Shown here in pieces: positions 50,015 to 63,732 of a stretch of DNA of 64,000 nucleotides. The DNA is taken from assembly GCF_963921235.1 (NCBI RefSeq), contig NC_086097.1, positions 193,194,001-193,258,000 of the forward strand. The letters are read 5' to 3'. Source of the stretch: Mobula hypostoma. Its lineage: Eukaryota. Made by a program: the position numbers and the translations under genes. Every line of letters begins with the position of its first letter. The stretch's first letter is position 1. Under the pieces are notes generated by a model that was not told the DNA's origin, did not search any database, and worked only from the letters and a program-made list of their open reading frames with translations.

Positions 50015-52857
50015 TGTAACCCCCAGGTTCGATGGGCTGCCTTAGTCTAGGGGAAAACAGTCAACGCCCCCACCAAACTGATGAAATCTCATTTCTGTGG
50101 ATGCTGTGTGATGTGTTCCCCTGTTACAACTGAGTACCATGAAAGACCAGACAGCACACCATATTCAATTAAACGATTGAGCTTTATAATTCTTAATATG
50201 AATACAGGGTTAGTACAGAAAACGAACAGAGAAAGAGCCCATTTTAATGAAACAGTCTATTGCGCATGTTGGAGCTCACGGTTTTCTGTCCTTGAATTTC
50301 CCATCGATTTCCTCCGAGCGTCTTCGACTCACAGACCCTCACTCCAAGTCCACTCTGTCCTGCGGTCTACCAGCTCTCCCCTCTCACATCTTCTCTCATC
50401 ATCTCCCCTTTATCACAAATACCTCCTCTCAGACACACAAGAAAGAAACAACACCCCTCTCATTGGATGGCTCACATTCCAAAGTCCCGGTTAACTCTAG
50501 TCTTAACCCAAACACTGCTGCTACAAAGAAACCATTATAATAGCAGTGAAACATTACAGAGTGTTACACTCTGTCCCTACCAAATTTAGTCATGTCCTCA
50601 TGACTTTGAGATAATTCGCCAACACTTCCTGCAAAGCGCAAAGTCCAACTCAGGTGTAAAAGGCAGTGACATAGCTCCCCACGACGGTAGGGGCCACACT
50701 CTGTTCCCCCGGTGCTACATTGGCCAGCCTATCCAGTGGGCTCCTAATTTTCTGAGACCTCCATATCCCCCTCATCTACCTCTTCATGTTCTGACACTAC
50801 TGGGGATGCTTCTGAACTACCTAGCAAGGCCTCCCCTGGCCTATCACATGCCCACCTGCAACTCTGACCTCTCTGTCCCTTGGCTAAGCCCCACTTCATC
50901 CCTTGCAGGGTGTCGCTGCAACACAGGCTGTCCACCAATAGCCCGCTCGATTTCACCTGACTCAGCGTGAGAAGGGTTGGGAGAACTTCCTCAATTAGTG
51001 GGGAGTTAGCTAAAGGCAGCATATACCACACCTCCATGTCCTCATCCTCTGAATCAGTGTCCCTCTCAAGTGTGGGGGTTGGTCTAATCTTCCCTGCTGT
51101 TGGCCCTGCAGTCTCCCTGCATTGCCGCAGAGTCCTTTTACAAGGCGTAGGCTCCAGGCCAGGCTGTGGGTCTACCTGCACTTCTTGACCCCAGGTTAAC
51201 AGGTGGTTCCAATGGAGAATCTTGACAGGCCCATTCCCATCCTTTGGTTTCACCCGGGAAACTGGTATGTTTGGCATCTGATTTTCCACCACATAGGGTG
51301 TAGCCACCCAGCAGTCAGCCAACTTATGCTTCCCAGGTAGCCCCAAATTCCTTATGAGGACTTGGTCTCCTGGCATGAGTTGGGAGAACCTAACCTTTTG
51401 ATCATACCTCCTCTTATTTCCTTGATTCTGCTTGGCAGCCGCAACCTCAGCTAATTCATAAGCTTTTTTCAGCTTCCTTCTCATATCAAACACATACTTC
51501 AGACGAGCCTTCAGTGGTGGGTCATTCCCAAAAACAAAGGTCAATGGGCAACTTTGTCTCACGCCCAAACATCAGATTATATGGCAAATACCCAGTAGCT
51601 TCATTTCAGATACAGTTGTAACAGTGGACCAGATGTCCAATATGTTGACTCCACCTGCTCTTCTTGCTGATCTCCAAGGTTCCGAACATGTCTAGCAAGG
51701 TACAATTAAACCCCTTGGGCTGTGGGTGATAAGGGGTAGTCCTCGACTTCTCAACTCCAAGCATGCTCAGTAACTCATGGATGAGTCTACTCTCGAAATC
51801 CCATCCCTGATCACTATGTATCTGCCTGGGGAGACCATAATAAATGAAATACCTCTCCCACAACATTTTGGCCACCATGGACGCCCTCTGACCCTTGGTA
51901 GGGAAAGCTTGTGCGTATCTGGTGTAGTGATCCGTGATGACTAAGACATTCGCCATGCTGCCGGCATCTGGCTCTATTGACAGGAAATCTATACACACCA
52001 GGTTCAGGAGCTCTGCACTCTGCAAGTGGTTTAAGGGAGCTGCCCTCGTAGGCAACGTCTTCCTCCATAAGCGTCGAATGCACGACTCGCAGTACTCTTC
52101 GACCTCTGGCTTCATTCAGGGCCAGTAAAACCGATCTGCAAGAAATTCATAGGCCTTTTCAACCCCCAAGTGTCCAGAATCATCATGAAGTGACTTCAAC
52201 ACAATCCTCCAATATTTCTCGGGCAGAACCAGCTGGGAATCCCAAGGTCAGTCCTGAGGTGACATGACCCGGTAGAAGATCTGGTTCCTCAACTCCAACC
52301 TGGGCCACTCCCTCAGTAATGGAAGCACCCCAGCGTGTTTCGTCTTCTCTGCCTGAGCCATGTCTCCCTTTTCAACCGCTGACCAAACGGTACCAATGCC
52401 CAGATCATCTCGCTGAGCAGCTGCTCACTTTCCCAGAACTCAATTCTGGTAATTGGTTTGACTTCAGAGCAGTCAGGTTACAGTAAACTGGTGGAATGTC
52501 GTCATCCTAATTGATCTACTATTCGATCCTGCCCTTGCTTTCCATCCGCCTTCACCATGATGGCAAACTGGCACATGGCTTTCACCCCTCCAGGCAGGAA
52601 TACTCTCCCACTCTTCGTCCCTGTCCAGCCCTTCATGCGCCCATCGGGACAAGGCATCAGCATCAATGTTCCTGCTTCCCGGCCGGTACTTCAGGCTGAA
52701 ATCATAGGCAGACAACACTGCCAACCACCGATCGTCCATGGGATCCAGGATATAAGTAAGGAGATTGTTCTCTGCCCTCCCTCAAACTTGGCACTGTAGA
52801 GATAGTCACTCAGCTTGTCCACCACAGCCCATTTCAATGCCAGAAACTCCAGCCTGT
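50015..52857 (-). mobile_element. Gypsy/Ty3 LTR retrotransposon, 3' half (RNase H end, integrase, PPT, 3' LTR 50015-50568)
   Basis: LTR TGTAAC...GTTACA (554 bp); PPT tggtagggacagag on minus. LEFLALKWAV, YRPGSRNIDADALSR, integrase LVCIDFL...TDHYTRYAQAFP...IHSDQG...TTPYHPQ. Confidence 0.92.
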
Positions 52858-52862
52858 GCAAA

Positions 52863-53435
52863 AATAGAATATAGAACATAGAACATAGAATAGTACAGCA
52901 CAGTACAGGCCCTTCAGCCCACAATGTTGTGCCGACCCTCAAACCCTGCCTCCCATATAAGCCCCCATCTTAAATTCCTCCATATACCTGTCTAGTAGTC
53001 TCTTAAACTTCACTAGTGTATCTGCCTCCACCACTGACTCAGGCAGTGCATTCCACGCACCAACCACTCTCTGAGTAAAAAACCTTCCTCTAATATCCCC
53101 TTTGAACTTCCCACCCCTTACCTTAAAGCCATGTCCTCTTGTATTGAGCAGTGGTGCCCCGGGGAAGAGGCGCTGGCTATCCACTCTATCTATTCCTCTT
53201 ATTATCTTGTACACCTCTATCATGTCTCCTCTCATCCTCCTTCTCTCCAAAGAGTAAAGCCCTAGCTCCCTTAAACTCTGATCATAATGCATACTCTCTA
53301 AACCAGGCAGCATCCTGGTAAATCTCCTCTGTACCCTTTCCAATGCTTCCACATCCGTCCTATAGTGAGGTGACCAGAACTGAACACAGTACTCCAAGTG
53401 TGGCCTAACCAGAGTTTTATAGAGCTGCATCATTA
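52863..53435 (-). mobile_element. Young CR1-like 3' end (same family as CR1 B)
   Basis: MMQLYKTLVRPHLEYCVQFWSP...RLLDRYMEEFK, nearly identical to 45597-46158 in opposite orientation. Confidence 0.93.
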
Positions 53436-55519
53436 ACAGGATGAGACAGGATGAGAACAGCATTTCCTCATGCTTTATCTTCCCCCACCATCCCACACAA
53501 GCCACAACAGTTGGGGACTGGGTTGATCCAACCAGATCTGGAAGCACTGGGCAGAGACACTCACTGAGTCAATAAGACAGCCTGGCAGCTCCCTTTCCCT
53601 TGCCTGCTCACTCTCCCATCACAGCTGTTTCTGTGATCCTCTTCCACACAATGCTTTTGTTCATTTCTGAAAAATTTGGATTGTGAAAATTCTCAGGAAA
53701 GGAACATGTCGGAACCTGCAAACTGTCTTAAACGTGTACTTGAAAAGACTTGCAGATCAGTGGACCGTGTGCTCAAAGTGCAGTTGGCTGGATAGAACTC
53801 TTTCAAATAGCACTAAATCAGTGGGCCGAATGGCCTCCTACATCATCCATCTGCTATGCTACTGCCTCCTATTGCTAAGAAGGATATGATATTCCAAATC
53901 TTAATGGTACCCAGCAATAATCCAAGGAAGAGTCATTGAATTTGGGTGCAGGCCTTGCTGACGGGCTTCTCCGCATTCTATTTTTGAATTGGCTTCTTAA
54001 ATAAGGCATGTTAACCATTATGTCATGTGCTTGTGCACAGCCTGGAAACTTGAAACCTACCAGGAAATAGGGCATCATTCAATCAAGATGAAATTGGGGA
54101 GAATCCAACTCACTGTGCTTCTTCCCGTTTTCCATTCTGATGGAGAGCTCTCACCAGATGTCACGAAGTCGCCTCTTGTTTCGTGTGAATTTCTTGAACA
54201 TTTCTGTTCTGACAGTGAAGATGTAATGGAATATAGAGAAATTAGCTCTTCATCTTAGTCTAGCTGTTATCCTTCTTTCTGGAATCACAAGTCTTAGGGG
54301 TGAATCAAGCCAAATTCTTTTACCAATTATAGATTCTTTTAAAAACTGTATTTGTAAATAATGAGTGAAAATATGTGTAGTTAAGCAGAGTTATGTGCTG
54401 CCCTTCTATGTACAAACAATTTCAAATTATTTACATTACTTCATCATGACATCAGTTTCCTTTACTCATTCCTTGAATTGTCTGAAAGTTTCTAGGTTCC
54501 AGTGGTAAGAAGGCCTTAAACCAGCCTTACTTTGTATAGGCTTCACAGCACTGCACTGGACTTCAATGCATCCTTTAGCAAGTAATCCTGGACCTTGGAT
54601 TGTGATAGTCCAAACTATTCATCATCACCAGTGCCTTGCACTGGAAGACTGGCAAATTTCAGAGGGTATCTTTGATTATAGTGGTAATCTTCCAGCAGAA
54701 ATTGATATGTGTGTCCAAGATCTATGTAGCCCAACGATTTAACCAATCACCCAGGATTAACCACAAGGAACTATTTTCTTTTTCCAAAGCTTATGACAGG
54801 CAAAAGTACATTCCAGAAGTAGAACCATTGACAATCTTACCTCAAGCACAGGACCTTAACCAGTATGGAGCGGCACTGAAATTCTCGCAGTGCCTGAGTG
54901 ATCTATAGGAAGAACCATTCTCGCTATCCACACCTAGAACTACCTAATGTTATATTTTTGCCACTTGCTGAAACGACTAAATGCCTCATTTACAGAGGGA
55001 CATATTTTCTATGACCTCCCTTGAACTCGGTGGTGGAATTACTTGATGCATATAGCCACATGATCTTTGGTCCTTGCACATTTTCTCAATAACTAGTTAA
55101 AGAAAAACACATTATTCAGAAATTTTATCCAGCAAGTAGCAGAGCTGGTTAGTAGAAGAAATCCTGATTGTCAGTGGATTACAGTTAAGGCTGGAGTACA
55201 GGAATTCCACTTGATCTCAGGATCTTCCTGATATGTGGAAGGAAAATTAGTTGTTCCTGATTACTGGCCAATCGTTGTTGTCGGAGTGAAGATAGGATTG
55301 AAGTTAGTATTTGCCTGAGATTTTGCTTCTGCTTATTTGGAATCAACCCCTTCAGCCGGTTGGAGTCAACAATGGATGGTGCATCCCAGCTGTCCACATG
55401 ATAAGCAAGCCAAGGAAGTGCAATATGGAGTGTAAGCTGTTGGCCCACGTAGCAGGCTCTCCCTCTCCACACAGCTGATAAATCAAAGGAATGGCAGACA
55501 CCAACAGCGGCAACAGCCG

Positions 55520-56145
55520 TGTCATAGTTGACTGGTTGCATCACAGCCTTGTATGCAAACACCAATGCCCTTAAATGGAAAATCCTACAAAATGTAGTGG
55601 ATATGGCCCAGTCCATCACGGGTAAAGCCCTCTCCACCATTGAGCACATCTACATGAAATGCTGTTGCAGGAAAGCAGTATCCATCATTAGGGACCCCCA
55701 CCGCCCAGAACATGCTCTCTTCTCACTGCTGCAATCAGGAGAAAGGGACAAGAGCTTCACGACTCACACCACCAGGCTCAGGAACAGTTAATACCCCTCA
55801 ACCATCAGGCTCTTGAACCAAAGGGGATAACTTCACGCAACATCACTTGCCCCATCATTGTAATGTTCCCACAGCCAATGGACTCATTTTCAAGGACTCT
55901 TCATCTCATGTTCTCGATATTTATTGCTCATTTATTATTATCATTATTATTTCTTCTTTTTGTATTTGCACAGTTTGTTGTCTTCTACACTGTGGTTCAA
56001 CGCCCTAGTGTGGTGGTCTTTTGTTTGTTCTGTTATGGCTATTATTCTATAGACTTATTGAGTATGCCCACAAGAAAAATAAAACTCAGGGTTGTATTTG
56101 GTGACATTTATGTATTTAAATAATAAAATTTACTTTGAATTTTGA
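55520..56145 (+). mobile_element. Rex1/Babar-like 3' end with long 3'UTR (similar copy 49075-49550), preceded by a SINE-like piece at ~55325-55510
   Basis: TGCITALY...IIRDPHRPEHALFSLLQSG...TTRLRNS; tail aataaaatttactttgaattttgaa. Confidence 0.85.
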
Positions 56146-56722
56146 AATTTTCTCTGTCTGTAGAAATGGTTCTGCTGGGTTTAGTAGTTAAGTAACATGC
56201 GAAGGCCAGGAGCTGGATTTGGTTGTTAGAGGCGATTTGAGATGCACGCCATTGGGAGCATTGAATACGCAGTGCGGACTTATCCCCAGTACCACCCCCA
56301 GCTAAAACAACCAAAAGATAGATAGATAGATAGCTTTTGATCCCAAAGGAAATCACAGTGTCACAGTAGTATTACAAGTGCCCAGATATACAAATATTAG
56401 AAGAGAACCTATTTGGAATCACATTCATTTTTATAAAAAAGTTTCCAGCACACACAAGCTCTTTGAATATTTATTTAACGGAAAATATAATTGAATTTAG
56501 ATACCCTGAAAATTAGTATTAGAATGATGTATTTAATTTTACTTCAATACATTTTAGCAATCCAAAGCATTTAATTATTTAATTAAATGTGAGTTTTCAT
56601 ATTGTCATATCAGAGGAACATCATGCATCAATTGTTTATATATTAAAAACAAGTTTATGATGTAATATCATTTATTTGGAGTCCATTGAACATCACTTAC
56701 TCTGCCCATTGCTTTACTGTAG

Positions 56723-56814
56723 TTCTGGGGAAAATCCGAAGTGCAGTTGGAAGTGCTCAGCTCCTGATGTCCCAGAAGTTCCAACAGTTCAGTGGACTGT
56801 GTGAAGAAAATATG
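56723..56814 (+). CDS. DLGAP1: DLGAP coding exon, 92 bp (absent from ORF track)
   Basis: Acceptor gctttactgtag|TT completes ATT with the upstream phase-1 A. Reads ILGKIRSAVGSAQLLMSQKFQQFSGLCEENM; donor ATG|gtatgt. Confidence 0.95.
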
Positions 56815-57088
56815 GTATGTGAATATTGCTTTATTCTGCATTCCTTCTCATCTTTTCGCTGAGTCACTGTAACCATGAGACTACTAGCTTGTATTCACAG
56901 CGACTAACATACTCAAATAGTTTACTATTCTGGTTTTGAAGTGCTTTACTTAAGTATTTTAACAAAAATTGCAGAACTTGACAAACAAAGGATCTACTAA
57001 CCATAAAAGTGCATACATCTGTGTGTGTGTGTTCCTAGAAGAAGACAAAAAGTGCAAAGCTTACACGTTCTTTTCCTGTTCTTCTCAG

Positions 57089-57241
57089 AATCCAAATGCA
57101 TGTCCTCGACTGACCTCCCAAGACTTGGCAGGATTTTGGGATATGCTACAGTTGTCAATTGAAAATGTCAGTATGAAATTTGATGAGCTGCATCAACTGA
57201 AGGCAAACAGTTGGAAGCAGGTGGAACTTCCTGAAAAGAAG
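57089..57241 (+). CDS. DLGAP1: DLGAP coding exon, 153 bp
   Basis: Acceptor ttttcctgttcttctcag|AAT. Reads NPNACPRLTSQDLAGFWDMLQLSIENVSMKFDELHQLKANSWKQVELPEKK; donor AAG|gtatcc; phase 0-0. Confidence 0.95.
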
Positions 57242-57419
57242 GTATCCCAGTAGTACAAAAACAATGCAACTCTCTCATTTGCAGTATTGTTCAAGATGTG
57301 TAGTTTTTTGGGGTGGCTTCATTGTGTGGAGTTTTTAGTAGAAACCATGGTGAAAATAATAGCAAGCTCTCTGCCCAATAATTCCATGAGATTCAATACA
57401 CCTCAAGTGTCTTCACCAG

Positions 57420-57800
57420 AATCAGGTTTAATATCATCGGCATATGTTGTGAAATTTGTTAACTTTATGGCAGCAGTACAATGAAATACACAATAAATAA
57501 ATATAGAGCAAAAAAACTGAGTTACTTTAAGTGTGTGTGTGTATATATATATATAATAGTTAAGTTAAAATAAGAAGTGCAAAATAACAGAAATAAAAAA
57601 GTAGTGAGGTAGTGTTTATGGGTTCAATATCTATATAGAAATTGGATGGCAGAGGGGAAGAAGCTGTTCCTGAATCACTGAGTGTGTGCCTTCAGACTTC
57701 TGTATCTCCTACCTGATGGTAACATTGAGAAAAGGCATGCCCCGGGTGCTGGAGGTCCTTAATAATGAACGCTGCATTCCTAAGGCATCGTTCATTGAGA
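57420..57800 (-). mobile_element. Rex1/Babar-like 3' end, followed by a CR1 fragment (57810-58150, minus)
   Basis: gaatcaggtttaatatca tail; gggaagaagctgttcctgaatc...gaaaaggcatgccccgggtgctggaggtccttaataat. Confidence 0.7.
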
Positions 57801-58149
57801 GATCGTTTCGTACATCTTACTAAAGTCTATGTAGACAACATCCATGGCTCTACCTATATCAATCACCTTCATCAGCTCCACAAAAAAACTCAATCAAGTT
57901 ACTAAGAACAACTTGCCTTGTATAAAGCCATGCTGACTGTCCCTAATCAGGCTATGGTTTTCAAATTGCTCATAAGTCCTATTCCTAAGAATCCACTCTA
58001 GTAACTTCCCTACCACTGGCATGATACTCACTGGTCTTAAGTTTCCAGGATTATCCCTATTTCCCTTCTTGAATAATTGAACAACATTAGCTTCCTCTCA
58101 GAATTCTCCTGTGTTGAAAGAGGACATGATGATATTGATCAAGGGCTTT

Positions 58150-61100
58150 AGTCAGGAAAGTTGATGAATTTGATTGTGCTCATGAAGGCTGTGCATCATA
58201 CATTGAGAGGGTTGAAATGTATTGTAACACGAACAATGAGGATGAGTAAAAGAAAGCCCTCGTGCTTCTTAGCTTGATGGGTGTTAGAATGTACAGTCTC
58301 TTACACAACTTAGTGACACCTGAAAAATCAGCAAATAAGACATTCGACAAAGATTGTTACAATTTTACAAAATCACTTGAGTCCTAAACCACTGGTAATA
58401 GCTGAGATATTTAGATTTTACAAAAGGAAAGAGTCAAAGGATGAAAGCATTTCTGAATACATTGCAGAACTGTGAAAACTTTCCCAGTACTGTGACTTTA
58501 AAGATGGACTCTCTGATGCATTAAGGGAAAGACTTGTATGTGGCATGCATAGTCAAAGCCCTCAAAAGAGGCTACTGGCAGAAAGAGACCGAACCTTAGA
58601 ACAGGCATTGACCATGGCAATATCGTTAGAGACTGCAGCAAAGGATGCAGCAGTACTACAGAAAAAGAGTTTAGAATGTGAAATGCACAAAATGCCCCTG
58701 AATGGTATAAAAAGTCAAAAATGTCATCGATGTTGCAAATCCTCCCATGATGCAAATGACTGTTGGTTCAAAGAAAGAGTTTAGAAACATAAAAGCACAG
58801 AAAACTTACAGCATGATACAAGCCCTTCAACCCACAATGATGTACCGAACATCTACTTACTTTAGAAATTACCTCAGGTTACCCATAGCCCTCTATTTTT
58901 CTAAGCTTCATGTACCTATCCAGGAACCTCTTAAAAGACCCTATTGTATCCACTTCCACCACCATTGCTGGCAGCCCATTCCATACACTCACTACTCTCT
59001 GCGTAAAAAAACTTACCCCAACATCTCCTCTGTACCTACTTCCAAGCACCTTAAAACCGTGTCCTCTCACATTAGCCATTTCAGCCCTGGGAAAAAGCCT
59101 CTGACTATCCACACGATCAATGCCTCTCATCCTCTGTCACTTCAAGAAGAAAAGGCCAAGTTCACTCAGCCTATTCTCATAAGGCATGCTCACCAATCCA
59201 GGCATCATCCTTGTAAATCTCCTCTGCACCCTTTCTATAGTTTTCACATCCTTCCTGTAGTGAGGTGACCAGAACTGAGCACAGTACTCCAAGTGGGGTC
59301 TGACCAGGGTCCTATGTAGCTGTAACATTACCTCTCAGCTCTTGAACTCAATCCCACAGTTGATGAAGGCCAATGCACCATATGCCTTCTTAACCACAGA
59401 GTCAACCTGCGTAGCAGCTTTGCGTTTCCTATGGACTCAGACTCTAAGATCCCTCTGATCCTCCATGCTGCCAAGAGTTTCATCATTAATACTATATTTT
59501 GCCATCATATTTGACCTACCAAAATGAACCACCTCACACCTACCTGGGTTGAACTCCGTCTGCCACTTCTCAGCCTTGGTTTGCATCCTATCGATGTCCC
59601 GCTGTAACCTCTGATAGCCCTCCACACTACCCTCAACACCCCCAACCTTTGTGTCAGCAGCAAATTTACTAACCCATCCCTCCACTTCCTCATCCAGGTC
59701 ATTTATAAAATTCATGAAGAGTAGGGGTCCCAGAACAGATGCACACCACTGGTCACTGACCTCCATGCAGAATATAACCCATCTACAACCACTCTTTCCC
59801 TTCTGTGTGCAAGCCAGTTCTGGATCCACGGAGCAATGTCCCCTTGGAACCCATGCCTCCTTACTTTCTCAATAAGCCTTGCATGGGGCACCTTATCAAA
59901 TGCTTTGCTGAAATCCATATCCACTACATCTACTGCTCTACTTTCATCAATGTGTTTAGTCACATCCTCAAAAAATTCAATCAGGCTTGTAAGGCACAAC
60001 CTGCCTTCAACCTGCTGACTATTCCTAATCATATTATGCCTCTCTAAATGTTCATAAATCCTGTCTCTCAGGATCTTCTCCATTAACTTACCAACCATTG
60101 AAGTAAGTTTGCAGAAAGTATCACAGACAAGGTCACATAGAGGGAGTGTGCAAGACAGACAAAGAGCACAATCAAAGAGAAAAACCACCCCATGAAAAGT
60201 TTTACACACAAAACTAAGCAAATGCATGAACTGACCAAATCTGAAACAGGCAACAGAGAGTATGATAAAGGTGAGCTGTCATGCCTAGAACTGCATAGTA
60301 TTACTGAAGCAGAAGGATTATAATAAATGTGTCTAGTCTAACTGAAAGTGGAGCTGGATACAGTGTCAGCTTTCTCTATAATTTCAGACGCTGACTACAA
60401 CAGACAGTTTTCTAGGATACCATTAGAGAAGACCTCAGTGATGCTAACGACCTACACAGGGGAAAAAGTGTCTCCCAAAGGCAAGCTGAAAGTGAAAGTG
60501 AAGTATGGAGGCCAAACACAGCAGTTTAAGCTTTATGTATTGAAAAGTGGAGGGCCGGCACTTTTTGGACATGAATGGTTGAGAAAAATCCAACTAGAGT
60601 GGCACGCATTCAAAGCTCTCAGTGTGACATCAATAGGCAACTGCAGCCCAAGTGGTAGCACTAATCAGAGACCGACTAATGAGAAGGTGTTTGAGAAGGT
60701 GATTGGTAAACTCAAAGGCAAAAAAGGCCAGAATTAAACTGGATGAAGCAGCAACACCAAGATTCCATAAAGCACGTCCAGTACCTTACACACTATGCCC
60801 TAAAGTGGATGGTAAACTTCAGAGCTTGGAGGCATCTGGAATTCTCTCCAAGGTTGAGTGGAGCAATTGGGTCCTGCCCATTGTCCCAGTGATCAAGAAA
60901 GGGAAAGCCAGATTCTTTTGTGTTTGTGGGGATTTCAAAGTGATCATCAGCCCAGTGCTGCATACTGTGCAGAATGTCCTGCCATGAATAGAGGACATTT
61001 TTGCATCTTTGTCAGGTGCAGGGAGGCATTCAAAGATTGACTTATTGCAAGTCTGTAAGCATATGGAGACTGAGGAGGCAAGCAGGAAGTTCCTCACAAT

Positions 61101-62631
61101 CAACACTCATAAGGGAATGTGCCAGTACAATCATCTCACCTTTGGCATGCATCAGCTCCAGCAATTGAGCAAAGAGCAATGGACCAAGTGCTCCAAGATA
61201 TCCCAGGAACACAATGTTACTTTGATGACATCATTGTGACTGGCAGAAATGATGAAGAGCACCTCCAGAACCTTGATAAAGTGCTTACCAGGTTGAATGA
61301 GTATGGTCTGTGCGCAAAGAGAGAGAAATGTGAGTTGTTCAAGAATGAAACCTCATATTATGGCCATCATTGACAAGCACGGCTTACATAAGTCACAAGA
61401 GAAGACCTAAGCAGTGCTACAGGCACCCAAACTGGAAAATATGTCACAACTCAGGTCATCCTTGGGCCTTGTAAACTACTACCACCAGTTCCTCCCAAAC
61501 ATTGCTACAGTGCTGTACCCATTGAATGCACTGTTGCAGACAGGAACAAACTGGGAATGGTCAAAAAGTTGTGAAAACGCATTCAAGGAAACAAAAATAC
61601 TAATAACATCCAGTGAACTGCTCACCCATTATGACCCATCCCTGCCCATCAGACAGGCATGCAATGTGACCCCTTATGGCACTGGTGCTGTTTTGTCACA
61701 CATTATGAAAGCTGGGTTTGAACATCCGATTGCATTTGCTTTAAGATCACTGAAGAGCACAGAATGCAACTACACACAGATTGACTAAGAGGCCCTTGGT
61801 CTAGTATGGGGAATAAAGAAGTTCCACCACTACCTCTACAGACAAAAGTTTAAACTAGTGACAGATCTCCAGCCCCTTGTGTCCATTTTGAATCCCGGGA
61901 AGGGAATTCCAGTGATGTCTGCTACCCAGTTACAACATTGCGCATTGTTCCTAGGAGCCCATTATTGTGACATCCAGTTCAAGGATACCAAACAACACAG
62001 CAAAGCTGATGGCTTGTCACACTGTCTCAAATGAAGAATAAAAGTCTTCATACTGTGACCCACCGGAATTGTTCCACATGGTATTGGTGGACCGATTGCC
62101 AGTAACGAATTCTGAAATACAAAGAGAAACAAGGAATGACCTGACATTGTCAAACGTCTAGACATCACCATGCAAGGATAGCCAACTCCAAGAATGTTGT
62201 CTTTGACAAGACACCTGCCAAACCTAATGCCATTCCACAGGTTCAGAGGAGCTATTCTGAGAGAAACAGAGTGCCACCCAAAAGACTGAATCTTTAGAAG
62301 AGTGAAGTTAGTTATGAACTGTTATTGTGGAAGCATGTTTATTGGCAATATGGCTTATGAAAGAGAAATTGAATGTTTTGCACATATACTGTAGAGATGT
62401 TGCATTAATCCAAAGGGGAAGGAAGTGTAATGTATGGATCTATCTCTTTTGGAGCAATGAATCCCCTTAGCACTACATAGGTTGTTGTCTATGCATGCAT
62501 ATTGATCTGTTGTCCATGTATGCACATTGCGCTTTCTCTCTCTCTCTCACTGCAATGTGAATACACCAGTTAAAGCCATCTCTTACGTGTGTGCTTTTAC
62601 TTAATTGATGTGTAGTTGCACAAACACAACG
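58150..62631 (+). mobile_element. Decayed Gypsy LTR retrotransposon (gag, protease, RT, RNase H; integrase largely deleted; PPT; 3' LTR ~62426-62631), split by a CR1
   Basis: gag PKPLVIAE..FRF, RLVCGMHS..QKRLLAE, knuckle CHRCCKSSHDANDC; protease MELDTVS; RT PIVPVIKK, CYFDDII; RNase H LGLVNYY...PIAFA; PPT aaaggggaaggaag|TGTAATG. Confidence 0.92.
58782..60106 (-). mobile_element. CR1-like LINE inserted in Gypsy gag between the two zinc knuckles
   Basis: DFSKAFDKVPH, LVRPHLEYCAQFWSP on minus. Removing it restores ...WFKERV|CRKYHRQGHI; short agttt duplication. Confidence 0.92.
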
Positions 62632-63732
62632 AGGCCAGTTGTCATAAAGAATAAACTGAAATTACACTTCCTGTGTCGTTGCCTCAGTTCTGCGCTCCTA
62701 AGGCAGTTGGAAACCATGCTAGGTGAATACTAGATATCATTGACGATTGAAGAGGGGTCTATTTCACCCTGGACTGACCTGTTGAGTCAATTGCACATCA
62801 TATAGTGAGGTTTCTGAAGCTCATACCATTGGGTTATTAAACTGGAATCATCTAATTAAAACAGCAGGTATCACACTCAGTTGGATTAAGCACTGTTGAG
62901 TGTGTCAAGGTGGGACAAGTTAAGTGCCAACGGTGTGATCTCCTTGTGGTTTAAACACATGGCATTAGCTGCAACTTTCAAAACCAGTTTAACAACATTG
63001 TCCTCATATCTGTATCACACACTGATTATAGTCTGCAAACTTAAACTGAATAATTACATTACATGCAAAACCAACCCTACCAATATGGCAATCATCTGAA
63101 AATATTTGTGTATATTGCTTGTAAAATGTGAGATTATTCTTCTAATTGTGCCAAAGACTCTTTTCCACAAATGTGTATTCGATTTAATTTGTCATCTGCT
63201 ACAGTTACAGCACTTCTTCCCCCGCATATAACGTACCCAAGCATCTAAGCACTTTAATCTACAATTCACTGACTTGAGCAAGACAGCTGCCAATAAGCCT
63301 TATTATTATTAGAAAACAAGACAAATTGTCCAATCCCGTAACATTCTGGTTTGTTTGCTTATATATAAAACATTTCTGATTTAATCAAGAACCCAAGGTT
63401 GAATACAAGCCAGCAAAATCACAAGAACATTCCACTTCTCTTCTTCCTCCTTGTCCAGAGAGATCCTGTTGACACTGTGTAGCTGGGTAATGTATTACAC
63501 CAGAGTACAGGATAATTGCTGTGTGAATCGGTGATGAGTTGGGGTGGTTTATTGTTCTATGATGTTTGAGTAATTATGATACTGATTTGACATGTTGCCG
63601 GATGAAACTACAGCAGCAATGTTGCCAGGTGTAGTGGGCTTCCGCTAACTGTATGCAACAGCATAGTTGTGCTTTGTCATACCTATCTGAAAAAAACAAG
63701 CTTCTAAATCACTCATATATTTATTTCTGCAG

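Noticed and set aside
50015..62631. The two Gypsy pieces as halves of one element
   Set aside because: They lie on opposite strands with different LTRs, each has its own RNase H region and 3' LTR, and host exons lie between them.
63531..63595. C/D-box snoRNA candidate (GTGATGA...CTGA) upstream of the last exon
   Set aside because: No convincing terminal stem, C'/D' boxes or recognisable guide; such motifs occur by chance.
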